Origin: Octopus vulgaris
Lineage: Eukaryota
Direction: 5' to 3'
DNA length: 64,000 bases
NCBI GenBank assembly: GCA_951406725.2
Contig: OX597826.1
Span: 2,170,001 to 2,234,000 of the forward strand
Shown here: one piece after another, positions 14,481 through 28,545 of the stretch
Layout: every line of letters starts with the position of its first letter
Position numbering within the stretch: the stretch's first letter is position 1
Notes under the pieces: model-generated
The model's input: the letters and a program-made list of their open reading frames with translations, nothing else
Database searches by the model: none
What the model was told of the DNA's origin: nothing
Position numbers and translations under genes: made by a program

Positions 14481-14540
<60 letters not shown>

Positions 14541-15614
14541 TATGTGTGTATATACAAAGAAACACACAGATGCGCACACGCACACGCACACATATACGTA
14601 CACATACGTTTGACGATACTGAAGTGTCGGAACGAACGTTTAGTCTTTCGTATTGTTAAATATGTTAAGCAGACCATTTCTGTTTTTAGCCATAATAAAT
14701 CGTTCAGCATTTTAAACTATAACATAACAAACTTCGTCGTCGCTGTAGATCTAAACCTAGGTATCATATATATATATAAAAAAAAACAACTCGTATTGCA
14801 TAATATGTCTGAGAAACAGTGACTGCTCATCACTACGTGAGCAAGTCACAGGGGATTACCGTGTGTCAGAGAGCAGATATTCCTGTTGCTAATTACCTTC
14901 CAAACATGAAGAATTCCTGCTATACATTCTTGTCTATGATCGTGTGGAATATATGTAATCGATTATCAATTTTGGCGTGAGCGTAATAGTCCCAAGGAAT
15001 TATATTAGCTTTCAAACAGCTAAAATCTAAAATTAGGCTGCGGCATAAATGGACACACAAATGGGATGTATGAGCAAGAGAGAGAACAATTATGAAGATA
15101 AGGTTTTACAAGGCCACTGGTTCCGTGAACTTAATGCCAAACCCATAACGAAAATATGTATAAAAAAACAACAACACGGAATGAATTTGATCTCGTTTGG
15201 GCAGTAACCTCTATCTTACAGTTACAGGGTATCAATACTGGTCACATTGAGAGATGTATCGATATTACTTTGCCAAAGATAGGAACTGCATTATCGTTGA
15301 TAATACTCTGTATTGATTCATGATATTCAATATTATTTTCCAGGAAATAATATTACAGCATAGTTGTTCTGTTCTATATAAACTCGACTGCCGTGTTTCA
15401 AACCCTAAAAGAAACAAAACAAAACAAAACAAAACAAATGCTCAAGAAAACAGTATAAAAGGAGTCAAATGAGAACTTATACGTAGTCGATGAATGTGTT
15501 AGAAAGAGAAGTAAAACTCCTTTGACTTCCTCGCTAACGTCTTCAATAACTAACTGCTTTTTTAGATAATGTAGACGTGAGTGAACCTAAAATACACAAT
15601 GGACACGTATGAAC

Positions 15615-15774
15615 TGGCTGTGTGGTAAGTAGCTACTTACGAACCACATGGTTCCGTGTTCAGTCCTACTGCGTGGCACCTTGGGCAAGTGTCTTCTACT
15701 ATAGCCTCGAACCGACCAAAGCCTTGTGAGTGGATTTAGTAGACGGAAACTGAAAGAAGCCCATCGTATATATG

Positions 15775-15805
<31 letters not shown>

Positions 15806-16032
15806 GTGTGTGTGTATGTATATGTGTGTCTGTATTTGTCCCCCCAACATCGCTTGACAACCGATGGTGGTGTGTTTACGTCCCCGTAACATAGCGGTTT
15901 CGGCAAAAGGGACAGATAGAATAAGTACTAGGCTTCCAAAGAATAAGTCCTGGGATCGATTTGCTCGACTAAAGGCGGTGCTCCAGCATGGCCGCAGTCA
16001 AATGAGTGAAACAAGTAAAAGAGTAAAAGAAT
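15615..16032 (+). mobile_element. SINE family A, full length
   Basis: Near-consensus copy. Confidence 0.85.
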
Positions 16033-16821
16033 AAGCGTGCTTTATCTGAGTTGCCCTGGGTTTAAAATGCAACAACAGCAACAACAACTAATCACAGAAA
16101 ATGGCTACGTTGAGGCCCTGTGGCGGTTCACTACTCAGACGAATATCCAGGTTGTAATAAAACATGGCCGCCATGATTTTCTGCAACAAATAAGTCCAAA
16201 AGTGTTTTAATGATTGACATAACGATATTGAATATTATATTGTGCAATTGTAAAACAGAAAACTACAGAATGTTACTAAAGTAGCTAATGAATTAAAGAC
16301 ACTAATGGCATATAAAAATAATTATTTGTAACCTTGGTACATTGCCATACGTTGCTTTCTTTTTAGTGGGGTGGGGATAGGTGAGGGTAATCGATGCAAT
16401 CGATATAATCATTATCACTACATTGCTAGTTGTTTTATCGATTACAGAAATATGAAAGTCAAAGTAGAAAAAAAAAATTCTGAGAATTTGAAATCAAAAG
16501 TTAAAGGAATATAGTACAATAGCATAACACATTTAGTTCCACCACCCTTGCAGCTCAATAACAACAACAATAATAATAATAATAATAATAGTAATAAAAA
16601 TAATAATAATAAAAATAATAATAATAATAATTATTATTATTATTATTAATAGTAGTAGTATGGTTTCAAAGTTTTCCACAAGGGCGACAATTTTTTTGGA
16701 GGGAGGACAGTCAATTACATCGACTCCAGTACGTAACTGTTACTCAATTTAACAACCCCGAAATGATGGAAGGCAATGTCGACCTCGGTGAAATTTGAAA
16801 ATAATTATAATAATAATATGT

Positions 16822-17193
16822 TATCATGTACATTGTTATGTCTTGGTATAAAAGATGGGCTACAGCAAATATTCTGCTCAATAACACAGATTTGCTTGTC
16901 AGTTGTTTGGCCGTAACCAGTTGAGCATGTCCCTTAGTGGCTGACAATATGTGCATCTCTGATCATGAACAGAAGTAGTGGGGGAGCATAATAGCCATGT
17001 GTTGAGAGGGATTCTTTGGGGTTTGAATAATTCACCTCTGGAAACATGGGTGTTTCGTTCAACATCCTTAAACAACACTTATTCAGGGACGTTTTGAGTG
17101 GGATATGTTTCTCGACCAGAAGAAAATTCTAACTGGGCCCCACCTGCAACGTCATGCGTTGCTTATCTTGATATGAAATCACCATGTCACGCA
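16822..17193 (+). repeat. Interspersed repeat, family unassigned
   Basis: About 370 bp matching the reverse complement of 50040-50415. Confidence 0.8.
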
Positions 17194-18284
17194 ATTCTAT
17201 TCTACATTGGATGAGTGAGAGCTAGTTAAAAGGACCACTTGCTTCATAGAAAAGTGCAGCGGATCCTTATGTCTGTTAGCTGTAGGCCGTTCTTACTAGT
17301 TACTTTCTTTCATATATCCTTCAGTTTATTCCGCGCCATAAATCTGCGGCTCCGTCACCATATTTTGTTTCATCTTGTAAATTTCTTGTGATACATATTG
17401 GGATTTGTATGTGTATTGGTAGGTTATTTTCGGTGGGTTATATAATGGTGGGTTACATACGTTTTATAATCTTTGTGGTGATGAATATGATACATAATTT
17501 TTTTGTTGTTGTTCGCGTCTGTATCCGTTTAGTTCAAGATGTTTCTCTGTGCCTGTTGATCCAGTTGTGGAATCAGGTGTACCTTGGTCTGTTTTCTTCG
17601 CAGTGTTGATATCACTTGTAGCAGTAATAGTAGTGGAGTTGGTCTTAGGGTTGTAACCTCTTCAAGCCCTATCCTCTTTAAAAGCCAAATTTCTGTTGGC
17701 CTATTTCAGCTTTCTCTTCACTCTAACGTGGACATATTAAATTGTTTAGTTTTCGTATTTATATCATTTTCACTGCAGGTCATATGTGAATGTTGTGAAG
17801 GAGAAGTTGAGTAGTGGTTAGAGGATTCTATTACTGAGGCTGCTCCTATTTCTGTTGTTCCTGTTGTTGCTACTACTTTTGCTGTCTTCTTCTTCTTCTT
17901 CTTCTTCTTCTTCTTCTTCTTCTTCTTCTTCTTCTTCTTCTTCTTCTTCTTCTTCTTCTTCTTCTTCTTCTTCTTCTTCTTCTTCTTCTTCTTCTTCCAA
18001 TCACGACTCACGCCATTAGCCACAAAGAATAATCTCTAATTCGAGCCTACTCTAAGCTACTAAGAATGCGTGTGACAACTTGAAGATCCACCCACCACAC
18101 ACGATAGACTGGTGGTTGCACGGGCGCGAAAGATACGTTGTTATCCTCATTCCGTAAACGGTGGCATTTTTAACGTGTGGATAGCTGAACAATCCTGGGG
18201 TACAGAGGATTCGCAATCTGGACTAGGGTCTGAAAGTTTACCACACCATAGTGGGTTACACCATGGTTCCTCTTCTTTGTGGCA

Positions 18285-18478
18285 GAAGTAGGAAGAAAGA
18301 GTGAGAGAAAGTTGTGGTGAAAGAATACAGCGGGGTTCACCACCACCACCCGCCGGAGCCTCGTGGAGTTTAGGTGTTTTTGCTCAATAAACACTCACAA
18401 TGCCCGGTCTGGGAATCGAAACCGCGTTCTTACGACCGCGAGTCCGCTGCCCTAACTACTGGGTCATTGCGGCTCCAC
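18285..18478 (-). mobile_element. SINE family C
   Basis: Reverse complement of the 9377 head and body. Confidence 0.8.
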
Positions 18479-18812
18479 TGTTGCTGTTGCTGCTGTTGCT
18501 GTTGTTGTTGTTAAGCAACAAGACGGGTAAGGGTGATCAGGTGATGGTCTAGGGCTTAGGGGCGGGAGACCCCAGTCCTTGGGGAAAAAAAAAGAAATTT
18601 TGGTCGTCTTGTTGACGCCCGAAACCACTGGAACTGGCCCTCTAAGTCGCTGGAAATGGAGATCTCCAGGTCCAAATTCTTGAACGGCTGCTGTTGTTAT
18701 TGTTGTTGCTGTTGGTGTTGTCATTGGGTTTCTGCTGCGCTGGCTGCTGCTCTTCCTTGTATTGCTGCTACTTTTGTTTCTGGTAATCCAGTTTTCGCAG
18801 CAGTTCTATGGA

Positions 18813-20238
18813 TTTTACAGTTGCAGTTGTAGTTGGATTATATTGTCATTTATATACTTTTTATTTTACCAGGTTTTGGCGTAGGCAGTGATGGCGGGGG
18901 GGGGGGGGGGTAATTTGTATTTGCTTTCTGTTGTGGTTAAAAAAATCTCAGATAATTGTCCGCGCCGCGAATGTGACCCCTTGTCATTTTCTGCTCTTTA
19001 CCGTCACTATCAAACTGGTGCTATTGGTTATTTTGATTATATTCGAGATGACTTTGAGCTACACTTGATTCATTTCGAGTAATAGCTCCACGTTTGTATC
19101 CAACCAGTTTTCTCGCTGCAACTGTTGAACTTGTAAGATTGCATCTTTTTCATTGGCATCAGATATATATTTCTAGAATATATTTCTATATTTCAGATAT
19201 ATACTTCTAGAAGTCGGCGAGTTGGCGGAAACGTTAGCACGCCAGGCGAAATGCTTAGCAGTATTTCGTCTGCGTTACGTTGTGAGTTCAAATTCCGCCG
19301 AGGTCGACTTTGCCTCTCATCCTTTCGGGGTCGATCAATTAAGTACCATTTACGCACTGGGGTCGATGTAATCGACTTAATACCTATGTCTGTCCTTGTT
19401 TGTCCCCTCTGTGTTTAGCCCCTTGTGGGTAATAAAGAAATAGAAATAGGTATTTCGTCTGCCGTTACTTCTTGAGTTCAAATTCCGCCGAGGTCGACTT
19501 TGCCTTTCATCCTCTCGGGGTCGATTAAATAAGTACCATTTACGCACTGGGGTCGATATAATCGACTTAATCCCTTTGTCTGTCCTCTCTGTGTTTTGCC
19601 CTTTGTGGGTAGTAAAAAAAATAGGTATTTCGTCTGCCGTTACGTTCTGAGTTCAAATTCCGCTGAGGTCGACTTTGCCTTTCGTCCTTTCGGGGTCGAT
19701 TAAATAAGTACCAGTTTGTCTGTCCTTGTTTGTCCCCTCTGTGTTTAGCTCCTTGTGGGCAATAAAGAAATAAAAAACGTTAGTACTCCGGCGAAATGCT
19801 TTATTGCCCCTTGTGGGCAGTAAAGAAAGAAGATATATATAGAAGATATATGAAAAAGATGCAATCTTACAAGTTCAACAGTTGCAGCGAGAAAACTGGT
19901 TGGATACAAACGTGGAGCTATTACTCGAAATGAATCAAGTGTAGCTCAAAGTCATCTCGAATATAATCAAAATAACCAATAGCACCAGTTTGATAGTGAC
20001 GGTAAAGGGCAGAAAATGACAAGGGGTCACATTCGCGGCGCGAACAATTATCTGAGATTTTTTTAACCACAACAGAAAGCAAATACAAATTAACCCCCCC
20101 CCCCCCCATCACTGCCTACGCCAAAACCTGGTGAAATAAAAAGAATATAAATGACAATATAATCCAACTACAACTGCAACTGTAAAATACCGCTACGCAT
20201 TTCACCCGGCGTGCTAACGATTCTGCCAGCTCGCCGAC

Positions 20239-20240
<2 letters not shown>
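18813..20240. repeat. ~340-bp near-perfect inverted duplication around a SINE array
   Basis: 18813-19153 versus 19850-20188; the same ORF is translated at 18888(+) and 19921-20112(-). Confidence 0.9.
19211..19830 (+). mobile_element. SINE family B: one head and three tandem body units
   Basis: gagttcaaattccgc.gaggtcgactttgcct at ~19285, ~19474 and ~19649. Confidence 0.85.
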
Positions 20241-20293
<53 letters not shown>

Positions 20294-20942
20294 CAACAAC
20301 AACAACAACAACAATAATGTTGATGATGATGTTGATGATGAGGGGGACGGGGGATAATGTTGATGATGTTGAGGATGATGGTGATGGTGATGATGATAAT
20401 GTTGAGGATGATGGTGGAGGTGATGATGATGGTGAGGATGATGGTGATGATGATGATGAAGGTAACGGTGATGGTGATGATGATAATGTTGAGGATGATG
20501 GTGGAGGTGATGATGATGATGACGGTGGAGGTGATGATGATGATGATGATGATGGAGATAATTTATTTCGACCAGACTTATTTTGGTCACAGACATTTTA
20601 TTGTTTGCTTTATTGATGAATGAATTTTGATGAAGTAATTATCCGTCTATGTAAATAGTACTGTTGTTCCATATTTCTGAGTGTGTGGGACGAACCATTG
20701 GTGACAGCTAACATTAAATGCGATGCTTCACCAATAATACTGATCAGAATAGAACTATGTCGAATTATCCATATCATTTTACAAGGATGTGGTTAAACTA
20801 ATAATTTCCAAGTGAAAATATAAAATTAAATGAATTAAAAAAAAATACTAAGAAAAACATGCATCAGTCATCTTTCTTTTCTCTCAAGCAATTTCCCCCC
20901 GCTCCACCCTTTGCATTTTCTTCAACAGAAATCCTTCCCCGC

Positions 20943-20980
<38 letters not shown>

Positions 20981-21117
20981 GTATGTCTTTCGATTTCATA
21001 CTTCACTTTGCTCCGTCTCTCTTTTACTCTCTTTCAATCAAGTATCTTGTCAACAAGAAAGATGTCACACTAATCCGTTCATTGGTGTTGAAAGAAATAA
21101 CAGTAATACCAGAGGAA

Positions 21118-21157
<40 letters not shown>

Positions 21158-22334
21158 GGAAGTGAGAGAGGCAAGAAAAAAGAGAGAAAGACAGTGAAAC
21201 ATAAAAATAAATGTAGAATAAGAAGAAAATACGAAAGCATACAACACAATATATGAAAATAATATCACGCCAAAAGAAATATAATTTATAGAAGAGGAAA
21301 AGATGAAGAAGAAGAGAAGGAAGAAGAAAATATGTAAACAGCAGTCACATGGTTGAAAGAACGAAAGTGAAGCTAATTATCAGGAATCTGTAAACTGGTG
21401 AGATGAATACATGGTGTCAAGATTATTTAATTCCTCAAAAATTGCTACATACAATTTTAAAACATGTTATATGTTCTTTCAACTGAATAGAACGAGTTAT
21501 TCTAGTTGTAGAAATTATTATATCCAATGCTGTCGAGAAACCATAATGAAATAACGACAACAGCGTCAGCAATAACAACAGCGTCAAATATAAAAGAAAA
21601 TGAAAGCATCGCTCCTATTTTACAGCGATAAACCACAAACACAACAAGAACAACAGGAGCAGCAACATAACACACGTTGATATTAATGTATATAAATGGC
21701 GGTAACGACTACGATGCCATAACGCCTGTTTCAAACACTCGATACATCGTTCGACAAAATACTTCTGCGTTATTTCTTGCGGCTCTTTAACATTCGGGTG
21801 AACTTCGCTCTGCATTCTTTTGGAGTTGATGAAATAAAGTGCTATTGAATTACCAGTGACGGTGCGTGGGTCGGTGCTTAAGGTGTCGTTCTCACAATCG
21901 CTTGATGATAGTTTCGATTCTCGGTTCGGGGTGGGTGCATTGTAATTTTGATCAAAATACTTAGTTTTCCGGAGCTCTTTTCCGCTCAGCCATAAATGCA
22001 CAACCCTGCGATGGACTTGAGTCCAGTTCAGGTGGGCAATGTGGTGATATCGCTGGCTTATACGGCATCGAACCTGGGTTACCTGCCCAAAGTGTCCTCG
22101 GAATTGAACCATTAATGTCCATGCGTTGATGAAGTATTAGGGTCGTCATCACTCAACTAATCACCTCCCTCGATATTTTTCGCTTTGTGCCTGCCTAACG
22201 TGCAGATTCACAGAGACGAGCTCCAGACATTATGACGTCATGCAATATGGCTTGCAGTATTTGCTCGGGCGACTTATCAGAATAGTTAGCACGCCTGTTA
22301 AAATGCTTAGCAACATTTAATCCATATTTACGTT

Positions 22335-22603
22335 GTTTGTTCCTTCTGGAGCCATGCCTGGCTAATAGGGCCGGTTTTCCGATTTCCTTGGCGTATAGTT
22401 TCCCCACTCGAAGATGCAGGAGGAAAGAGTGAGAGATAGTTGTGGCGAAAGATTCAGCAGAAGTTCGCCATCACCTTCTGCCGGAGCCGCGTGAAGCTTA
22501 GGTCTTTCGCTCGTAAACATACACATTGCTCGGTCTGAGATTTGAACCCGCGATCCCTCGATCGTGAGTCTGCTGCTCTAACCACTAGGCCATGTGCCTC
22601 CAC
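22335..22603 (-). mobile_element. SINE family C
   Basis: ctctaaccactaggccatgtgcctcc head; gagtgagagatagttgtggcgaaaga body. Confidence 0.75.
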
Positions 22604-22604
22604 C

Positions 22605-23060
22605 CGTCTTTACGTAGTAAGTTCAAATTTCGCCGGGGATGAATTTGTCTTTCATCCTGTCGGGGTCGATAAAATAAATTCCAGATGAGACTGTGGTTGA
22701 TGCTAAAGACATATCTCCTCCCGCGAAAGTGCTGGTATTGTGCCAACATTTGAAACCAGTTTTTGCTCCTGCTCTTTAGATTCGGAGTTCAAATGCTGCC
22801 GAGGCCCACTTTTGCCTTCGTCATTCTAACTTTGATAAAACAACACACAGTTCCTTTACCGGAGTCGATACAACCGACTAAAAGCCTCCGCTCGAAATCT
22901 TAGTGTTGTGCATAAATCAGAATTCATTAATAACTGATTATTTGGGTGGAAAATTTGTTGAATCGTTTCGTTGTTGGACATAATGCCCTGTGGTGGGGAG
23001 GCCTATCCCTCAGTTCTTTTATTTCTAGGTTCAAATCCCGTCGAGGTCACCTTTGCATTG
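22605..23060 (+). mobile_element. Cluster of decayed family B bodies
   Basis: gttcaaat...gagg.c.ac.tt.gc at ~22620, ~22785 and ~23028. Confidence 0.55.
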
Positions 23061-23240
23061 ATTAAAATAAAGCAACTCCCAGCAACAATAGCGCTGTACT
23101 CTTCGATCTCATTGTGGGCGTATGTAAAAGAACGGTGATCAACTTGTCTGTTGCGATTAAAGTTCCGCACACATCTCTAGATGCAGTTTTATGTCAGCAG
23201 AGAGACAAAGCTATCTGCACGCTGAAACTAGTTAGGCTGC

Positions 23241-23298
<58 letters not shown>

Positions 23299-23384
23299 GG
23301 GAATTATACAGATCGTTCTCGGTGAGGATAGACCTATAACTATGTGTCATGCAGAGTTTAACATATTGACCAGTATGATTAGAG

Positions 23385-23945
23385 ATATAGGTGCTTATCT
23401 TCGGTTCTCTTATTAAGATCTCACAGAACATATAATGAAAAGAAACATAACAAGTAACTGCAGAATATGTGGACAAAATGGACAAGAAACAATAAATCAT
23501 ATTATCTCTGGCTGCCCATTCCCGGCTAAGAAGGAATATATTCACAGACACGACACAGTTGGGGCCTACATACACCGGAAGCTATGCCAACAACAGAAAA
23601 AAATGATGAAGGCACACGCCAGAAAAGGTCACAGAAAACGAGAAACCAACCATACTCTGGCATTTGCCATTACACGGCGATAGAGATATTAAGGACAATA
23701 GGCCAGATATAGTTGTCAGAGATCATGAAGAAAAAATGCGTTCTAATATTGATGTATCAATAGCAGCAGATGACAACGTTTCTCTAGAAGAAATGGAGAA
23801 ACTTTCCAAATACAAAGACCTGGCAATAGAGGTAACTCGAATGTGAAATCTAAAAACAGAGACAATTCCTATCATAGTGGGTGCATTAGGTATGATAAAA
23901 GAAAATATTCAGACATAACAAAAACACCAGGACTTACAAATTTAG
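23385..23945 (+). pseudogene. 3' fragment of an RLE-type non-LTR retrotransposon (R4/Dong-like): CCHC zinc knuckle + PD-(D/E)xK endonuclease
   Basis: CRICGQNGQETINHIISGC...EYIHRHDTV, then NRPDIVVRD...IDVSI...EKLSKYKDLAIEV..M*..KTETIPIIVGALG, broken by frameshifts and a stop. Confidence 0.85.
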
Positions 23946-24269
23946 GCAGGCAGTAAACCTTTCTCTGATCCTTTCAAATCACTTCTAAGCTTTTGATAGA
24001 ATCCACCATCATTACTTAGCAGAATTCACTAATGTAGTGGTTTCCGTTCCACCTACAAAAGATAGGTCGCTTCAATGTTTAGTAGCATGTACACGGTTAT
24101 TTGGCCAAATGACCTTCCAGAGGAATCAGGTAGAAACATGCTCTCAATCCTTCAACTGCCTTCTCGGGCATCAAACCGGTATGGTTTTGGTCTTGAGGAA
24201 TTATTTCAAAAAGCTAGAGTTGTTGGATGGAATTCCACTGAAACTGAAGGAATACAAATAAGTCATATT

Positions 24270-24632
24270 TACTCTTTTAGTTGTTTCAGTCATTTGACTG
24301 AAGCCATGCTAGAGCACCGCTTTTAGTCGGGCAAATCCACCCCAGGACTTATTTTTGTAAGTCCCTTTTGCTGAACCGTTAAGTTACGGGGATGCAAACA
24401 CACCAGCATCGGCTGTCAAGCGAAGTTGGTGGGACAAACACAGGCACACAAAAATAAACACACACATACATATATATTTACATATATACGACGGGCTTCT
24501 TTCACACACAAGGCTTTGGTCAGTTCGAAGCTATAGTAGAAGACACTTGCCCAAGGTGCCACGTAGTGGGACCGAACCCGGAACCATGTGGTTCGTAAGC
24601 AAGCTACATACCAGACAGCCACTCCTACACCT
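24270..24632 (-). mobile_element. SINE family A
   Basis: Reverse complement of the family consensus with internal deletions. Confidence 0.8.
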
Positions 24633-25419
24633 ATATGAGCACACATTGACAAACATATCTCATCTTTATATCCTTGAAGCATGATTTAGGATAGACATGA
24701 AGGTGGGTTTGAACTTGAAGTAGGGTTCAGTTTTAAAAGGGAATTTGCTGACAGGAAGCGTTACCCGAAAGACCGGACAAAAATAGGAAACTGATGTATC
24801 TTTCCTGGCTTATCTTGTGCAAGTCATCGCACATTTTCTTAGTTTCCATCTGATCTCAGAAATGAACAGGATTAACCACCTTGAGATAGTAATGCCAGTT
24901 AATCCGGCACGAACAAATCGATTCAAATATTTCTATGTATGTGAGTTTATAAAATCCAGTGGAAGATAAAACAATAAATATTAATTTACAAGACTCTGTT
25001 ATGTACGACTCTTATAATTTGTTATCTTGTGCAAAGTTTACAAATAGAATATTAATGTTGTTATGAATGTTTCAGAGTACTTACATTCAAACAGCAGGTT
25101 ATTAAAAGAAACAATTTTTGAAAGTTCTTCATCTTGTTTTGCTGTTTCTTAGTCGCACTGTTTTTTCTCTCGTGTTTTAAATTGTTGATTTCCAAATGAA
25201 TAAAGAATCCATTTGTAAGTTTGCGAAGCTCGTTATTGAGATTGATGCTGTAATAAATACAAAACCAGACATAAACAGCAAACATAACAACCACAAAAGA
25301 ATCACTTCAGTATTACAAACAACAACAACAACAAAACCAACAACAGCAACAACGACAACAACGATAGCGACAACAATATGCTCTCATATCAAATCCAATT
25401 TTTCCGACATATTTCTGGA

Positions 25420-25570
25420 ACCTGGTTGCTAGGGGCACTTGGGACATTAACAACCAAGTTGGAGAAATATATCGCAGAAACTGGAACTGATATTGGGGCA
25501 GAGCAGGCCCTCAAAACTTCTCTATTGGGGATAGCTAGGATTTTGAGATTGGTATTTGGTGGTTGAGTAT
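25420..25570 (+). pseudogene. Extreme C-terminus of an RLE-type non-LTR element
   Basis: LLGALGTLTTKLEKYIAETG...ALKTSLLGIARILRLV, followed within ~150 bp by an (AAT)n tail. Confidence 0.7.
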
Positions 25571-25710
25571 TTTCAATATTAGTTAACCATCATCAAAGTA
25601 GCAATTCTTATAATTTGCAGAAAGAGACCCCGCGAGACCCCTGTGCGCTATCAAAGAATTAACCTGAATAAGTCAGACCTAGAGGTCTGAAAAGTAAAAT
25701 GTAATAATTC

Positions 25711-25744
<34 letters not shown>

Positions 25745-25761
25745 TGATGATGATGATGATG

Positions 25762-25835
<74 letters not shown>

Positions 25836-25868
25836 GATAACGATAATAATAATAATAATAATAATAAT

Positions 25869-25930
<62 letters not shown>

Positions 25931-25934
25931 TAAT

Positions 25935-26082
25935 TTCAAATTTTTACACAAAGCAGGCAAGTTTATGGGGAGAGGAAAAGTCAATTACCTCGGCCCCAGT
26001 ACTCGACAGGTACTGATTTTATCGACAACGAAAGGATGAAAGGCAAAGTCAACCTCAGCGGAATTCGAAGTCAGAACGTAAA
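25935..26082 (-). mobile_element. SINE family B, partial
   Basis: ggtactgattttatcgacaacgaaaggatgaaaggcaaagtcaacctc. Confidence 0.7.
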
Positions 26083-26139
26083 AAATTCCAACTCGATAAA
26101 AAGTTCATAAATTTAACCGATATATATATAGGGGTAAGC

Positions 26140-26486
26140 TTGGTTGGGTGGTAAGAAGGTTGCTTTCTAAGCACATGGTATCGGGTTCAGTCTGCGCCTT
26201 GGGTTAGCGCATTTTTCTATAGCCTTGAGCCGATCAAAGCCTTGCAAGTGGATTTAGTAGACAGAAAGTAAAAGAAACCTACTGTGTGTATGCGTGTGCG
26301 TATGGTGTGTGCTTGTTAATGTGTTTGTGTTCGTCCTCCACCACCACCCGTCGACAACCGGTGTTAGTTTGTTGGTAAATTAGCGCTTCGAGAAAAGACG
26401 GACTGAATAAACATCGCCTAAAACCCTTTCATGTGGTGACCCAACATGGCCGCAGATCAATGAATGGAACAAGTAAAAGATAAAAG
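26140..26486 (+). mobile_element. Diverged SINE family A
   Basis: Head, body and tail blocks recognisable. Confidence 0.65.
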
Positions 26487-26898
26487 TTAATAAAAATAAA
26501 TATACTACAAAATACGATGAAAACAAGAACCAGCAAAGAGTAATCAAAAAATAAAGGCAATCATTTTTTTTAAAATTCACTAAAAAAATCATGTCAGCTG
26601 TTAACATCCGCATCGATGTTTTGCCGCAAGAAGGTAGAAAAACACTTGTAAGATTCGCTCTTCTAACATGAAGATAAAATTGAAAGAATGCAATCTTTCG
26701 GCAATAAGAATAGCAATATAAAACAAAGGGCGATAATATATCGCCTTGGATCTTTCTTCACGAATAATTTGGGGTCATTTATGTGTTGTTTATTATATGT
26801 TCATATTAGATCAATATTTTATTATGTGACTATATCTTTCTTTACGTATGTATATATGCATCCCTGTCTATATATATATATATATATGCATCCCTGTC

Positions 26899-26983
<85 letters not shown>

Positions 26984-27279
26984 GTATATATATATGTATA
27001 TATATATGTATGTGTGCGTGTTTGTTTGTTTGTATATATATATACATATAAATATATATATATATAAGTACATATACGTATATACTGATAGGCGTATATA
27101 GATACGTATATGTATGTGTGTATGTGTGTGTGTGTATGTGAGTACGTGTGCTTTTGTGTCATGTGTACGCAATAAAATTCGGGTAGCTTAACGAAAGGCT
27201 ATTGTAAAGAATACTACTACTACTACTATTGATGCTGCTACTATTACTGATATAACAACAACAATAATAATAATTGAGG

Positions 27280-27372
27280 ACAGTAGGGAAATATTAAAAC
27301 AAAAAAATGTGAACATAGCGTGGATAGATTATAAAAAGCTTTTGATATCGTCCCACATCGCTGGATATTGTA
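27280..27372 (+). pseudogene. Tiny reverse transcriptase remnant
   Basis: NIAWIDYKK / AFDIVPHRWIL with a 1-nt frameshift; matches the non-LTR RT motif WIDYKKAFDSVPH. Confidence 0.7.
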
Positions 27373-27462
27373 AACATTCTATAACAATAATGCGTCTCTA
27401 ATATTAAGAAATTATACTCCATACCACACGTCATGAAATCTGGTCACGCGATTATATTGCCA

Positions 27463-27506
<44 letters not shown>

Positions 27507-27909
27507 ATTATATATGCATGTATGTGTATGTGTGTGTATGAAAACCAAACAAACAGGAAAAGGCGATAAAAACGTAAATGACTTTGATAAGAAAGGGCAT
27601 TACCGAAGACGAGAACAATCCCTTTTATATACTCACCTGATGAACCTATCAGTTCACTAAGCTGAATTTCCTTCAAATATTACCCCCGATAAAAGGATAC
27701 GTGACTGTGGTATTAAGTCGTTTCCCCCGTTACCACTTATACATTCGTATAAATACATACAAAACTACTGCTAAAATAAATACACACACAGACATACCTA
27801 GATATATATATATAGACATATGAATATTTCCGTCCTTTCAAAGCCTTTTTGCTCAACACTTTCAGATCTCGTATATTATTAGTTGAGAGCCGTATAATGT
27901 TTTCTTCTG

Positions 27910-28071
27910 AGGCGTAGGAGTGGCTGTGTGGTAAGTAGCTTGCTTACGGATCACATGGTTCCGGGTTTAGTCCCACTGCGTGGTACCTTCGGGCAAATGT
28001 CTTCTACTATAGCCTCGGGCCCACCAAAGACTTATGAGTGGATTTGGTAGACGGAAACTAAAAGAAGTCCG

Positions 28072-28117
<46 letters not shown>

Positions 28118-28545
28118 GTATGTATGTATGCATGTATGTATGTATTTATGTATGTATGTATGTATGCATGTATGTATGTATGTATGTATGTATGTATGAA
28201 TGTATGTATGTATGTATGTATGTATGTACGTATGTATGTCTCTGTGTATATGTTTGTATGTCTGTGTTTTCCACCCCCCAACATCGCTTGACAACCGATG
28301 CTGGTGTCTTTATGCCAACATAACTTAGCGGTGTCTCGAAAAAAGATCGATAGAACAAGTACTAGATTTACAAAGAATAAGTTCTGTGGTCGATTTGCTC
28401 GACTAAAGGCGGTGCTCCAGCATGGCCACAGTCACATGATTGAAACAAGGCTGTATTAGAAGACACTTGTCCGAGGTGCCACGCAGTGGGACTGAACCTG
28501 GAACCATGTGGTTGGTAAGCAAGCTACTTACCACTCCTACGCCAC
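27910..28545 (+). mobile_element. SINE family A followed by an inverted head fragment (28458-28545)
   Basis: agaagacacttgtccgaggtgccacgcagtgggactgaacc is the reverse complement of the head. Confidence 0.8.

Noticed and set aside
14605-14645. TTGACGAtactgaagtgtcGGAAC, a possible decayed HHR; similar weak case at 37143-37170
   Set aside because: Several core substitutions; cannot be told from chance by eye.
17200-17880. Possible LINE 5' remnant on the minus strand
   Set aside because: No diagnostic motif could be read.
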